Shown one piece after another: positions 38,206-50,874 of a stretch of 64,000 bases of DNA. Source of the DNA: Tricharina praecox (lineage: Eukaryota); assembly GCF_024521635.1 (NCBI RefSeq), contig NW_026250420.1, positions 682,001-746,000 of the forward strand, in the 5' to 3' direction. Positions within the stretch are counted from its first letter, which is position 1. Every line of letters begins with the position of its first letter. The position numbers and the translations under genes were made by a program. The notes beneath the pieces were generated by a model. The model had not been told where the DNA came from. It made no database searches and saw only the letters and a list, made by a program, of their open reading frames with translations.

Positions 38206-40329
38206 CTTTTTTTTTGGCTTGAAAGGAGCGAGCTGTGGGCTGGAGCGTAAGACAAGGAGCGTGCACGAGAAGCAGATGCTCTATCCAGTTGTTGCGGTTG
38301 CCTTTGGTGGTTGGTGCAGAGTTTCAGGTGGTTTGTGGTTTGTGGTTGGTGGAGTAACGCAGGGCGTAGGTAGTATGTAGAGTGAAGGTTCGGATGTGCC
38401 AAAGCCGGGGAAGCGGAGAGGAGGCGATGTGTCGTGTCCGTGTGTCGGGGTCGGGGTCGGCGGCTGCGCGATCTTCTGCTGTGTATGCGAACCCCTTCTT
38501 CAAAGCTCACGGCGGTCGTAACTAGCAGAGTGTAGTAGAGAGAGTGGAGGAGTAGGAGCAGCAAGCAAAGTGAAGTTTGTACAAACTCAACCAAACAGAG
38601 CAGGCAGGTAGGTAGGAGTCGCAGTTATGTAACGTCAGTGGGCATTTCCTGTTCTGTTGCACCTTGTTCCTGGAGAAATCGCCCATCCGTGATCCGCTTA
38701 CCTTCCCACCCTCCACCCTCCAAAGGCCAAACCCTTTTCCCGCCAACACCGCCCCCAGTCGCAGCAAAAGAGGCTTAGCAGACGAAATGACTTCAACGAG
38801 GCGGAGATTTGCATGTGATACCAGCAAATGCCCTCGAAACTTGGCCAATCTTCTTCGAATTCTTCTTTTCTTTCTTTTTTTAAGCGGGGGGTCACGGGAC
38901 CCGGGGCCCGGGCACTGGGCGGGCCGGGGGGAAAGGATATTGCTGCTGCCCCCACGGATTTTTAATCGGATCAGCAATGAGCGAACGGAACGCTCCCAGT
39001 GACGGATCACTCGGTTATCGGTCTGGAAAAGAGAAGGAATAAATTGTGCGGCATCCATATAATGTGGCCAGCAGAACCGCCACAGGTCGTTGACGCCCAG
39101 TTATGTTCGTGTTCTTTCCTCTCTGCGTGGTGTAAGCCAGGGAAGAGACGCAGCCACTCCGGCCATGGTGGATACGAATACGTACGACGGATCATATCCG
39201 AGCACTCACTCAACCGGTTGCCACTGACGATAATTACAACGGACGTCCGAAATACCCAGTAGTCAAGCCAAGGCACGAGTAGACAGTATTCGGCAGAATG
39301 TGTATATCACCACAGTCCAGATGGGTTGCACGCGATCACTGAAGAAACAAACAGAAACCCCAGCACAATATCAGTCATCGCCAATATTCTACCCACATGG
39401 AGTAAACCAATCGCTTGGAACAGCCATCCGTGTTCAACAAGTAAAAACCCACATGTCCGGCCCATGACATGTAATGGAGATGGATTACCTGAAGTTAGGT
39501 ATTCGACAGTGCGCGCCAGTGAATGTGCGGATTGAATATCTACCTACCAAGCGAGGGTTCATTCGCATGGAGCTCTACCATGTAGACCACAGCGAACCAA
39601 CCGAAGGAAGTCTTTCCCACCCCGAAAGATCACCATGCCAATCGTCAGCGACGTCGGTTTCCGACTCCCGAGTGATGTCCGACGCTGGCTGCACCCACAG
39701 AATCAATACGTCTCCAGTAATTCGTCGATTGCCGCTTCCAATCTGCCTACTTTACATTCTTCGTGAAGCCAGGAAGTCCATCACTACCACCAGAGCAGCA
39801 GAGAAACAGTATGTAAAGAGCATCAGGAATGCCTTGAAACTGTAAAAACCCTTATCCCCATCGTTCATTAATCGGAAATCCTTCTGTCCAGTCCCGGTCG
39901 ATGGATGCAATCCTCCCGCCATATAAAATTATAAACCCAGAAAGCTCCATAATATGCGCCGGCGTCCTTACCTGTACAGTGTACATAGGACGACCATGGT
40001 ATATATCCTACCCTTCCCACCCTTCCCTTCCCTTCCCTGACGCTCCATCCATCCACACGACGACAACAGCGATCACCCATCTCTCCCATAGCTATCATAC
40101 GATGCACACCGACACCAGGTATAGTATACCTAGCATCTCATCCCCCCCGGCAAGCTGCACTCCACGAGCGCGGCCTTGCCATGGTGAATGTACGGACATC
40201 GACGCCAGACACCACCTGCAGAGGTTTATCCGAACTACTCTAGGTAGGCTCTGCCACATGACTTCCTACCAGGCGGGTCAAGAGATATTCTGCAGCGGCC
40301 GGGGATGATGCGTGATGGATGGATTGTAT

Positions 40330-40422
40330 GGATTGTAGCACAAATCGAGGGGGATAGGCTGGATTGTAGCACAAATCGAGGGGGATAGGCTGGATTGTAG
40401 CACAAATCGAGGGGGATAGGCT
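40330..40422. repeat. 31-bp perfect tandem repeat x3
   Basis: GGATTGTAGCACAAATCGAGGGGGATAGGCT x3. Confidence 0.92.
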
Positions 40423-41611
40423 GGATGGCAAGACTCCACTCCCCCCGGCAGTTCAAACAGCTTCGCAGCTGGAGATAGAGTAGATGATGAACTTTGAAGC
40501 GTAGAAGGTAGATTAAAAACTGCTGCTGCTGCTGCTGCTGCGAGGATAGCACCATCTCTATCTGTTGAAGTATAGTCGTGGTATGATACAGTATACAGTG
40601 ATGCTACCGTGATGACAATGCCCTCTTACCCAGTGCTCGGAGAAACTTCGCTCGCCGCCCTCCTCCTCCTCCTCCGACAATCACTCGGCCCAGCCGATCC
40701 GATCCGCTATCCGATCAGGAACAAAGGCAATACCAATACGCGGGTGTCGTGAATCGTGCCCACGTCTCATCGCTCGCCTGGAGTTCGCGTTGTCAGACCT
40801 GGTTGCGTGATCACCGCTTCCAGGGAACCGACGAACTTCAGTTCTCTCACTCAATCGCGGTTCCGATTCCGATTCCGGCTGCGGTTGCGGTTATATTCCA
40901 GAGCATCACATCATGGAGTAGAGTACAACATATGCCGCCACCCACCCACCACCACCGGCTTCTAGAAAAGCCCGCACAGCTGCAGAGCTGCAGAATAAGC
41001 ACTAGAACACTTCCAGAAGCCGCCGCTCTTTTTCCGTTTGCCCTTTAGGCTTCCGTGATACATGTCGATGTCGATGCAGATCCTGTCGCGATCGGCGCTG
41101 GACGTCGGTCGATATCGGCACTACTAGATGGATGGAATCCCACGATCATTCGGTCCTGTACTGGGGACTTGTCTGTCTGAGAGGAAAGGACAGACAGACA
41201 GACAGACAGCGACGGACGGAGTAAGCGCTGCTCGATCATGTGCAGTAGGTACTGGTGCCCCCGTGGCAGGTAAGCATTGGTACGTGCTCACACCCGCAGC
41301 CACCATACTGGCCTTGGGTACTGATATATTGCACTTTGTACTGGTACGCCTCCCGTATGTACATAGAGTACTCGAAGGCTTGAGTCAGTGTCAGTAGGTT
41401 GAGTACGAGTGGCAGGCAAGGAAGGAAGGGTGGGTACATGCCCACCTCCTACTCCACTGTTCCCGTGCCTATGTAGCGGCCACACGATCAAGAGCCGGTC
41501 AGAATTCGAAGCTTCGAAGGCCATGAAGCGTCGCTCGTACAGTGCGGACAGCATGGAGGTCTCTGGTAGGCATCGTAGAGTGAGTAGCATCTATCCGCCT
41601 TTTGTATGATC

Positions 41612-41685
41612 CCCCAGCGCGGTCCCCAGCACGGTCCCCAGCACGGTCCCCAGCACGGTCCCCAGCACGGTCCCCAGCACGGTCC
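41612..41685. repeat. 12-bp tandem repeat x6
   Basis: CCCCAGCACGGT units. Confidence 0.9.
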
Positions 41686-42354
41686 GCCCCCCCTCCCTCC
41701 CCACTCCCTCCCTCCCCACTCCCTCCCTCCCTGCTCTCGTGGTCACGTGATTGTCACACCACCCTCGCACCGCCGAATCTGAGGCACCTGCCATGCAGCT
41801 GCACGTCTGTCTTTGCGTCCGTCTTTCTGTCTATCTTTCCGTCTGTCTGACTGCCCGTCTGACTGTCTGCCCGTCTCCTCTCAGCCCAGCAAGCAAGCAA
41901 GCAAGCAACCCCACCCCACCCCGACCACGACCATCCATCCAGCCCATCCAGCCCATCCAGCCCATCCAGCCCATCCAACCCAAATCCAATCCAATCCATG
42001 TCCGCCCGGCGTCAGTTCTAGGCAGGGCCGAGCGCGCGAGAGAGAGAGAGATCGGTCGGAGCTCTGTCCATAACTTGCCTGCCTATCTACGCACTTACTC
42101 ACCTATCTATCTACCGGTATCTATCTATCCATCCACCTGCTCGCTCGCATCCGTGATCCCCATCACCCCTCGCCTTCGCCTTCGCGACATATCCATCCAT
42201 CCATCCTTCCATCCTTCCAGCCGTCCAGCCATTGTCCAGCTCAGCTCCCATCTTCGCCAGAATCTCGCCGGAATCTCGCCGGAATCTCGCCGGAAAATTG
42301 CCCGCTTGCCATATACACATATACACATCCCATATAACCATATATCATACTTGG

Positions 42355-45300
42355 ATGGCACTATTCTCATTCTACCGCGAGGCTACTCCCGAAGTCGATC
42401 CTCCAGACCCAGACCCAGGCGCACATCCACATCCACACCCCCAACCACATCCACACCCCCATCCCAGTCCCGGTCCCAGTCCCAGTCCCAGTCCCTCAAG
42501 CCACCAGCGCGACGTAAACGTAGTCGATCGCCATCCGCCTCCTCCGCAACCGCCTCCACCACATGCGCACCCGCACCCGCACCCGCACCCGGCACGGGAC
42601 CACCGCCGCCGCAGCAGCGCCAGCCACGACTACTTCAACATCAAACACGTCAGTTCGACATTCACCTCCGCGCATACCCCCGACAGCGACCCCAGCAGCG
42701 AGGCGCACATAAATTTCTTCGGCGCGCCGAGTCCCGGGCCGCGGTTCCTGCTCGCGGGCGCGCATTCGGGGGAGGACGGGGACGACGAGGACGGGGATGA
42801 GCTCGCGGCAACGCCGTTCGAGTACGAGTTTGAGCGCGTGCAGGAGCAGGAGCGCTCCCGAAGGAACTCGGGGATCGATGTGAGAGCCGTCGGGGGTGCC
42901 GAGCCGACGTTCGCGTCTACGCTGCGGATTACAAGGCGGCGTAGGAGCTCTAGAGGTGCGGGGGAGAAGGAGGGGGAGAAAGAGGCGGAGGGGGAGTGCG
43001 CGAATGATGGTGAGGAGGGCGGAAAGGCGCCGCCTGCGGGCCCGAAGGATCTGCCTGTGGAGCTGTGGGAGCTCATTCTGGGCTTTTTGGCGATGGATAT
43101 AGATGATGACTCGTATCAGCCCGTGGGCGATCTGTTTAGCTGTGCGCTGACGTGCCAGGTATGTTGCCCGTCCCCGGCTTTGGGGGAAAGGCTATGGGCT
43201 CTGTTGGCTCACGGAGTGGGAGTGGTTACTGGTAGCTGTGCTAACAGTTTTTCTACGAGTGGATATATAGGCATGGGCTTATCTCACGCTGCCGCTGCTG
43301 TATAGAACTCACGGCTATGGGATTTTCCTGCCGAAACCGACAGGTAGGCGCGCGGTCTTTCTTGCGCGGTGCGATTCTTGTATGTATGTAAATTGACGGA
43401 ACCCATTAACTACATAGCACGAGATGCGGCGCCGCTCGGTGTGCCGGTTTCTCGCTCCATCAACTTTCACACCGGCATTGCTGGAAAGCGGATGATGCAG
43501 CTGTGGCGCACGCTGCTGCTCTCTTGCTTCACCGCGTCCCAGCCAAACTCGGCCTCGCGCTTCACTACGTTTTCGGGCGCAACGCTGTTTCCGTACATCA
43601 ACTACGTGCAAAACCTCGATACTCGCACGCTGGTCATGGTGCTGTCCGAGATCATGAAGACTGGCAGGAATAGAGATAAGTGTGAGGATATCGACGGGAA
43701 GATCATGCGCAGCTCCGAGGCTGCAAAGTACTTTTTTGGTGGTGCGCTGGGCGCCTTTGAGATATCGGGCGCTGCGAGAGGAGAGAGAATGGTCGTCGGT
43801 GGGCCGGAGTATGAGATTCAAACGCCGGTCTGGGGGAAGGAGGTTAAGCTGTTTGTTGGCGATACTGCGTTGATGATGATGGACTGTAGGTGCTCCAGCT
43901 CCCATCGCGTGGGAGCGATTCACTCTCTGACTTGGTGAATAGTCCTGTATCCGCACCTTACGCATCTGAAGGGCTGTACGATCGCCGAGCTCGGACAGTT
44001 GCGTGTCAGCCCGCCGATCACTATGCATCACCCAGTGTCGCTCCTGACATCCTTGTCCAATCTCAACTCGCTGGTGATCTCGTCCGGCTGGATGCTCTCT
44101 GGTGGCCTCGGCCGTGCTATTGCTTCCATCCGCCCCACCATCCGGGACGGCGCATCCAAATTTAACCTCACCATCTTGGACTGGCGCTTCAAAACGCACT
44201 ACGACCCTAACTACCATCACGATGACGACTGGGAGGACGATCATGAGGACTATCGCTACACCGTTCGGTCCACCGTCGACTTCTTCAACGCTCTCAATGT
44301 CAACAGCGTCAGCAGTATAGATATCGACTTCGAGGTCCGCTACAGCCGGCAGCAGCAAGGGGATTTGGGGGACTCGGTTGTGATCCGGCAGTCACGAAGC
44401 CTCGAAGCCCTGCGCGTGGCACACATGCGTTGCGACTGTCAGAAGCTGCACGACTTCTTTCTGCAGATGGGAGAAACCGGCTTCGCGCCGAAATCACTCG
44501 CGCTGATCGAGCTGTACAAAGAGAAGCGGGTGCTCGAGAACGGCTGGGGCTTCTGCGACGCAATGTTCGCCCGGCTGGAAGCTCTCGAACTCGCCCGATT
44601 CTCTAGTATGTTCCTCTTCGCCACGGATGTGGTCAAACAGGGCGGTGCCAAACCCCCGCCGCTGCGATCCCTCAAATTGTCGTATGCCAGAAAACACGTC
44701 GAAGAAGCCCCCGAGCAGGCCACCGCCGAGCTCTTCTTCCTCAACATCCTTCCGTCCCTCGCCGCCACACTCACCACCCTCCGCCTGGTCGATACCGACC
44801 ACGAGTTCACAACCCAAACCGAGCCCCGCCGCCGCGCCAAATACATGCGTCCGAGCTACACCGGCCCCGCCTCTCCCCTCGAATCCCTCCAGCACCTCCG
44901 CACCCTTGTCCTCGCCGGAGACATCTCCCTCTTTCTGATCCGCGCACGTCTGCCCCAGATCCTCCATGCCCTTCGAAACACCCTCGCCTTCTGCGACCTC
45001 TGCTTGTCTCTCCCGCACCTGCGCGGCTCCGGCCTCCGCTCCTTCACCCCCTGCACGAAACTGGAGCGACTCTACCTCCGCGAGTGGAATTGGGACATCG
45101 ACGAGGTGCTGCATGTCACCCGCATGCTCAAGACCGAGGACGTCAAGTCCTTCGTCGAGAACGGCCGCATGGTGGGCGGGAGAACGGTGCTCAGGGAACT
45201 GGGTGTCGATGGAGGCCTGCTCCAGGTTGCCGCCTGGCAGAATTGGGGAGAGGTCAAAAGTTGGGTCGCCCAGAGGGGCTGTAGGTTCTATTATAGCCCC

Positions 45301-45360
45301 GTGCAGATGTGGAGAGTCGGCTTCGTGGCGTGGAATGGGAGGGATCCGACCTTTGCATAG
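42355..45360 (+). CDS. F-box protein with a putative RNI-like/LRR C-terminal region, 4 exons; introns approx. 43159-43270, 43380-43417, 43886-43943
   Basis: F-box-like KDLPVELWELILGFL..DLFSCALTCQ|AWAYLTLPLLYR; later LxxLxL units (LRSLKLS, LTTLRL, LRTLVLAG, LERLYL). The proposed introns join the ORF-track pieces into one frame. Confidence 0.72.
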
Positions 45361-45642
45361 TAACGTAGTACGAGAGGTTTTTACTTCGAGTGATGTGCCT
45401 ACAACTTGTCCTCCTCCTTCCTTCCAGCTGCTTCTTGCTTCTGCCCTCTACTTTTGGTGCTGGTGCGAGTAGACAACACAACACAATCTTCCTTCCTTCC
45501 TTCTTCCTTCCTTCCTTCCTTCCTTCCTTTCATTCATTCCATCCTCACCTCACTCTTCTTGTTCATAACCCATTCAATACTGCAACTTTTAAACACAAAC
45601 TTTCACGGCTCCCCGTTACGAGTATAATCCACACACGACAAG

Positions 45643-46725
45643 ATGTCCTCTCCCGCCGAGCCTATTAATACCTCCTATCCCCTCTCCCTGCCTACCACTC
45701 CCATCCTCACTCCATCCTCGTCACCCGAGCTCTCGGAAGTCCCTTCAAGCTCTGAAGATGCTGTCGTTATCTCGACCGCTGCTACAACCCCCGAGTTCGA
45801 AACTGCAAACTCCTCCGCTCCTGAGATCTCAAACGCAGATCAAGAGCACATCCAAGAAAACGTCGCCGGCGAGACAGCTGCTGAGTCCGCACCCGCTCTT
45901 AGGACTGAGGACCAAGAGAACGTCACCGCTGAGCCAGCTGAGTCCTCGCTCTCACCCACGGACTTGGAAGATAGTACCATCACTGCTCCGAAGACCTCAG
46001 ACCAAGAGAAAATTACCGCCGAGCCAGTTGAGTCCTCACCTGCACCCCAGGATTTGGACGACAGCACCATCGCCAGTGCCATCTCGGAGCTCGAGCAGCT
46101 CGATCTAACCGGACCCGCTCTCGCTCCCATGCTCCCGGAGAACACCACTCCCGAGCTGTCCCAGTCCTCTGCTACCGTCGACGACCTCACCGCCAAGCTG
46201 TCCTGCAAAATCAGCGTCCTCCATCTCCCCCCTCTCTCCGCACCCTGCCTCACCGCTCAAAAAACCAGCATCGTGGTCACTACCACTCCCATGGGTACTT
46301 CGTGGACACCGCACCCGTCCCCGCCATTCGCGCCGTATCCGGCTAATAGGCAGCACACGGTGTTCACCCTGCCGATGGAGGATGGCGGCGAAGTGTGGGT
46401 CTACCTTGCCGGTTCGGAGGAGGACGACGGCGACGAGGACGTGCCCCTGATGGAGAGGGCCAGTTGGAATGAGCGCAAGGAGGAGGTCCCGCTGTGGGAG
46501 CGCGAAATGGTCGTTATGAGGGTCGAGGCTCGTCTGCCGGTGGATTTGGACACCGGAGAGGAGGAGCTGGCTGCCGTTGAGAGGTGGGTTAAAGGAAAGT
46601 GGAAGGGGAAGAAGGGAAAGGGGAAGGGAAAAGGCAAGAAGAAGTGGCCAGGTGAGGGGAGGTTTGTTCTCACTGGTAGTGAGGGTAGTGGTGATAGTGG
46701 TGATAGTGGTGATAAGGCGGAATAG
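45643..46725 (+). CDS. Hypothetical acidic Ser/Pro/Glu-rich protein with internal repeat (360 aa)
   Basis: Long ORF with coding-like codon bias and CAAGATG start context; no family recognised. Confidence 0.7.
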   Translation: MSSPAEPINTSYPLSLPTTPILTPSSSPELSEVPSSSEDAVVISTAATTPEFETANSSAPEISNADQEHIQENVAGETAAESAPALRTEDQENVTAEPAESSLSPTDLEDSTITAPKTSDQEKITAEPVESSPAPQDLDDSTIASAISELEQLDLTGPALAPMLPENTTPELSQSSATVDDLTAKLSCKISVLHLPPLSAPCLTAQKTSIVVTTTPMGTSWTPHPSPPFAPYPANRQHTVFTLPMEDGGEVWVYLAGSEEDDGDEDVPLMERASWNERKEEVPLWEREMVVMRVEARLPVDLDTGEEELAAVERWVKGKWKGKKGKGKGKGKKKWPGEGRFVLTGSEGSGDSGDSGDKAE

Positions 46726-47120
46726 GTGGATAGATGGGATGGGATAGGTGGTCTGATACGTCGTTGACGATGTACTGTATGCTATGGCTATTCTATGCCA
46801 CGCTGCTATGCTATGCCATTCTATGCTATTCCGTTCTATGCTATGCTATGTGACGGTGATGACTAGCAAATGTATTTCTCGATCATCGACCACCACTCGA
46901 ACCCCTCAAGCTAACTAGCTTGACACGTGATTCGCACGCTAGCCGCTTAGAGCCCCACGTTGCTTTGCAGTTCCCAATCAATTCCACCTCCAACGCTGTC
47001 TTGCCCGCCCCACGCCAAAAATTATCAACTACCTCCATCACCATCCATCCACCCACATTGCATCCTCGCAAACCAACCACTTCTCTGATCGTCCCGCCAG
47101 TTTAATACCAGCTTCCCAAG

Positions 47121-49010
47121 ATGCAGGCCCCCGTGCTTGTCGTGAACACCGGCGCCGGCGAGCGTCAGACCGGTACTGTCCAGCCCACCCTGCCCCACCA
47201 CCCCCGGTGAAGCCTTCCTCTCTTTCAAGTGTAGAGCAGAGAGCTAATCAGCTATCATCAACGCATGCAGGACGCAAGGCGCAGCTCTCGAACATTGCCG
47301 CGGCAAAGACAGTCGCGGACATCATCCGCTCGTGCCTCGGCCCCAAGGCCATGCTGAAGATGCTGCTCGACCCCATGGGCGGCATCGTGCTCACCAACGA
47401 TGGGCACGCCATCCTGAGAGAGATTGAAGTCGCCCATCCGGCTGCCAAGAGCATGATTGAGCTTGCGAGGACACAGGTGAGATTCTAGCTGGGATTTACG
47501 GGGGGAGGGGAGGGATGTGCGGGGGCTGACAGGTGGGGGGCGAAGGACGAGGAAGTCGGCGACGGGACCACATCGGTGATCATCCTAGCGGGGGAGACGC
47601 TGGCGCAGTCGCTGCCGCATTTGGAGCGTAACATCCACCCGGTGGTGATAATCTCGGCGTTCAAGCGTGCGCTGTCGGATGCGCTGCAGATAATCCACGA
47701 CATATCTATTCCGATCGACTTGAGCGACGACGAGGCAATGCACCAGCTCGTCCAGTCGTCCATCGGTACTAAGTTTGTCTCCCGCTGGTCGAACCTCATG
47801 TGCGGCCTTGCGCTCACGGCGGTGCGTACTGTTGCGAGGGAAATTGGGAACGGCAAGATGGAGGTCGACGTCAAGCGCTATGCTAGGATCGAGAAGATCC
47901 CGGGAGGAGAGATCGAAGACTCGAAGGTGCTCGATGGAGTGCTGCTGAATAAGGATATCACCCATCCCAAGATGAGGAGGAGGATCGAGAACCCCAGGAT
48001 CGTCCTGCTGGACTGCACGCTGGAGTACAAGAAGGGAGAGTCGCAGACCAACATCGAGATCAGCAAGGAGGAGGACTGGAACAAGATTCTGGAGATGGAG
48101 GAGACGCAGGTCAAGGCCATGTGCGATGCCATCCTGGCTGTGAAACCGGATCTGGTCATCACGGAGAAGGGTGTTTCCGGTGGGTTCATCTGGTCTGGTG
48201 CGTTCGCAATGCTTGTGGAGCTAATGTTTCTTCCGCAGATCTGGCACAGCACTACTTCATGAAGGCAAATGTCACCGCCCTCCGTCGTGTCAGGAAAACG
48301 GACAACAACCGTATCTCGCGTGCTACTGGCGCTACCATTGTCAACCGGCTCGAGGACCTGACCGAGGCCGATGTCGGTACCCAGTGTGGTCTGTTTGAGA
48401 TCGAGAAGATTGGTGACGAGTAAACCATCCCCACCCCTCGTCCCTTGGTGATGATATTGATGTATGCAGATACTTCACCTTCCTCACTAAATGCACTTCG
48501 CCCAAGGCATGCACCATCCTTCTCCGCGGCCCGTCGAAAGACATCCTCAACGAGATCGAGCGCAACCTGCAAGACGCCATGTCAGTCGCCAAGAACGTCT
48601 TCTTCGAGCCGCGTCTCTCTCCCGGAGGTGGAGCTACCGAAATGGCCATCTCCGTCAAGCTCGCCGAGATGGCCAAAGCGATAGAAGGTGTCCAGCAGTG
48701 GCCGTACAAGTCCGTCTCCGAGGCCATGGAGGTCATCCCGCGGACGCTCGTGCAGAACTGCGGTGCCAGCCCCATTAGGGTTCTCACCGAGCTGCGGGCG
48801 AAGCATGCGGAGGGTCTGCACACGTGGGGTATCAACGGCGACACCGGAAAGATCGTCGACATGAAGGAGTACGGCGTGTGGGAGCCCACGGCCGTCAAGC
48901 TGCAGAGCATCAAGACCGCCGTCGAGAGTGCGTGTCTGCTGCTCAGGGTAGACGAGATCTGTGGTGCCAAGGGTGCAAGACAGGGCGGTGGCCAGCCGTC
49001 GGAGGATTAG
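47121..49010 (+). CDS. CCT3: T-complex protein 1 subunit gamma, 5 exons; introns 47173-47270, 47477-47545, 48180-48238, 48420-48469
   Basis: MQAPVLVVNT, RSCLGPKAMLKMLLDPMGGIVLTNDG, DEEVGDGTTSV, LEYKKGESQTNIEI, TAVESACLLLRVD. Confidence 0.97.
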
Positions 49011-49284
49011 ACGGGGGGGTTTACGATTCTTGGCTTTCGAGGATGTAAAAGATTGATATAGAGGAGTGGTTGCGAGCCTTTTAATGCACTCTGTCTCTGT
49101 GATGATCGTACTTTCCACTGCACTGTAGCTGTAGAAGCAGTAGAGATTAGCCGTGATGTTGCCAAGGTTCGCTAAATCTGACATGGTGGGTAATCCCGCG
49201 TCCACCTATCTGGAGTTCACCTCACCTCCGAGTCTCTGACTTCAATCAATCCCACATCGATACCCCACCACCGCCGCCGCCAAA

Positions 49285-50601
49285 ATGACTGCCACAACCG
49301 ACGACCCGCTCCTCGAGCTCCTCCTTCCACATATCCCCGCATCCGCCGTACCATCACCAGAAACAACCAACAGCTACCTCAGCCGCCTGACCTCCCTCCC
49401 ACTATCCACCATTCTGACCACGGAACCGAGCTCCCTAGCCACAACGCACCACACGCTCTCCCTCTCGCTCCAATCCCTCGCCAGCCGCAACCACAAAGCC
49501 ATCATCACCTCCTCTAGCCACCTCAGCACACTCCCCGCCACACTGTCCACACTCTCCACCTCCCTCCAGCATCTCGAATCCGCGCTCCCCTCACTCACCA
49601 CCTCCCTGCACACCTTCACCAGCACCTACACGCGCGACAGCCCCCCCCTGCACACACGGCACCAAAACGCGCTGCTGCACAGCAACCTCGACCGTCTCCT
49701 CGACATCCTGCAGCTGCCGAGCCTCTTACAATCCCTAATCGCCGCGCAAAACTACCCCAGCGCGCTAGACACACTCTCGCACGTGCGCCGGCTGCAAACA
49801 CTCTACCCGACCTCCCCCGTCGTGACCTCCGTGCACACCTCCTGCGAGGCCCTGCAGCGCTCCCTGACCTCATCGCTGATCGGCACGCTGCGCGCGCCGC
49901 TAAAGCTCCCCGTCGCGATGAAAACCGTCGGCTTCCTGCGGCGCACGGTGGGCGCCGCAGACGAGCGCGACGTCCGCGGCGTGTTTTTGGCGTGCAGGCA
50001 CGCGCATCTCCTGGGCCTCCTCGCGGCGCTCGAGCCGCTGAGGGAGCTGGCGGATGAGGAGGTGGCCGGGGGAGGGGTCCAGGCCGAGAGGTATCTTAAA
50101 CGCTGGCTCGAGGTGTTCAGGGAACAGAGTTTTGGCGTGCAGGGGATGTATAGGAGCATCTTCCCGGGATCGATGAGTCCGGCGACGAGTGCCGGGGGGA
50201 CCGCGACGCCGACACCGACTACGACGACGAGGCCGGGGCACTCAAGGACTAGTAGTTCCCTCAGTACTGCGCTGGCGGATGACGATGTTGATGGTGGGGG
50301 CATGCCGGATCCCGTCGCGGCGTATGAGGCGAGGCTGGTCGAGATGTTGGTAGACGTGCTCAGGAGGTACCTGGGCAAGGTCCTGGATAAGGGCGTCAGG
50401 GAGAGCTTGCTGACGCAGGTGATGTATGCGAGTGGGAGTTTGGGACGGTTGGGGGGCGAGTTTGCCGGCGTGCTGGTGGGCATCGAGGGCGTGTTTGAGG
50501 GCGAGGGAGAGGATGGCGCGGAGGTCGAGTATGTCGCTGTTGTCGAGAGGCAGAAGGTCCTCGCTGGGAGGTTGGAGGCGACGATGGCTACGGGGAGGTG
50601 A
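49285..50601 (+). CDS. COG8: Conserved oligomeric Golgi complex subunit 8 (Dor1-like)
   Basis: YLSRLTSLPL..EP, LDRLLDILQLPSLL, LKLPVAMKTVGFLRR, RYLKRWLEVFREQSF, ESLLTQVMYASGSLGRLGGEF. Confidence 0.88.
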   Translation: MTATTDDPLLELLLPHIPASAVPSPETTNSYLSRLTSLPLSTILTTEPSSLATTHHTLSLSLQSLASRNHKAIITSSSHLSTLPATLSTLSTSLQHLESALPSLTTSLHTFTSTYTRDSPPLHTRHQNALLHSNLDRLLDILQLPSLLQSLIAAQNYPSALDTLSHVRRLQTLYPTSPVVTSVHTSCEALQRSLTSSLIGTLRAPLKLPVAMKTVGFLRRTVGAADERDVRGVFLACRHAHLLGLLAALEPLRELADEEVAGGGVQAERYLKRWLEVFREQSFGVQGMYRSIFPGSMSPATSAGGTATPTPTTTTRPGHSRTSSSLSTALADDDVDGGGMPDPVAAYEARLVEMLVDVLRRYLGKVLDKGVRESLLTQVMYASGSLGRLGGEFAGVLVGIEGVFEGEGEDGAEVEYVAVVERQKVLAGRLEATMATGR

Positions 50602-50874
50602 TCATGACAAGATGTGCGGAAATGGAGATGATCGGATGCATAGAACGGTAGATGTGCTACTAGGTGATATTACAATGTCGCAAACAGCAAACAAACAGTC
50701 TTCCTTCCATATGCCACCCACCCACGAAATACAAACGAACGGGACAAATAATGGCAATGACAATAGCCCCCGCAAGAAAAACGCCTAGAGAATCAGAACC
50801 GGTTGATGTTCCCTCCATATTGGTACAATGGACCCATAGTAGTCCTTTCTCACTCACAGCTCTGGATATTAATC

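Noticed and set aside
38206..38594. N-terminal extension of the 478-aa DGK1 ORF
   Set aside because: Results from reading through intron 37854-37926; the real first exon is in another frame starting at 38205.
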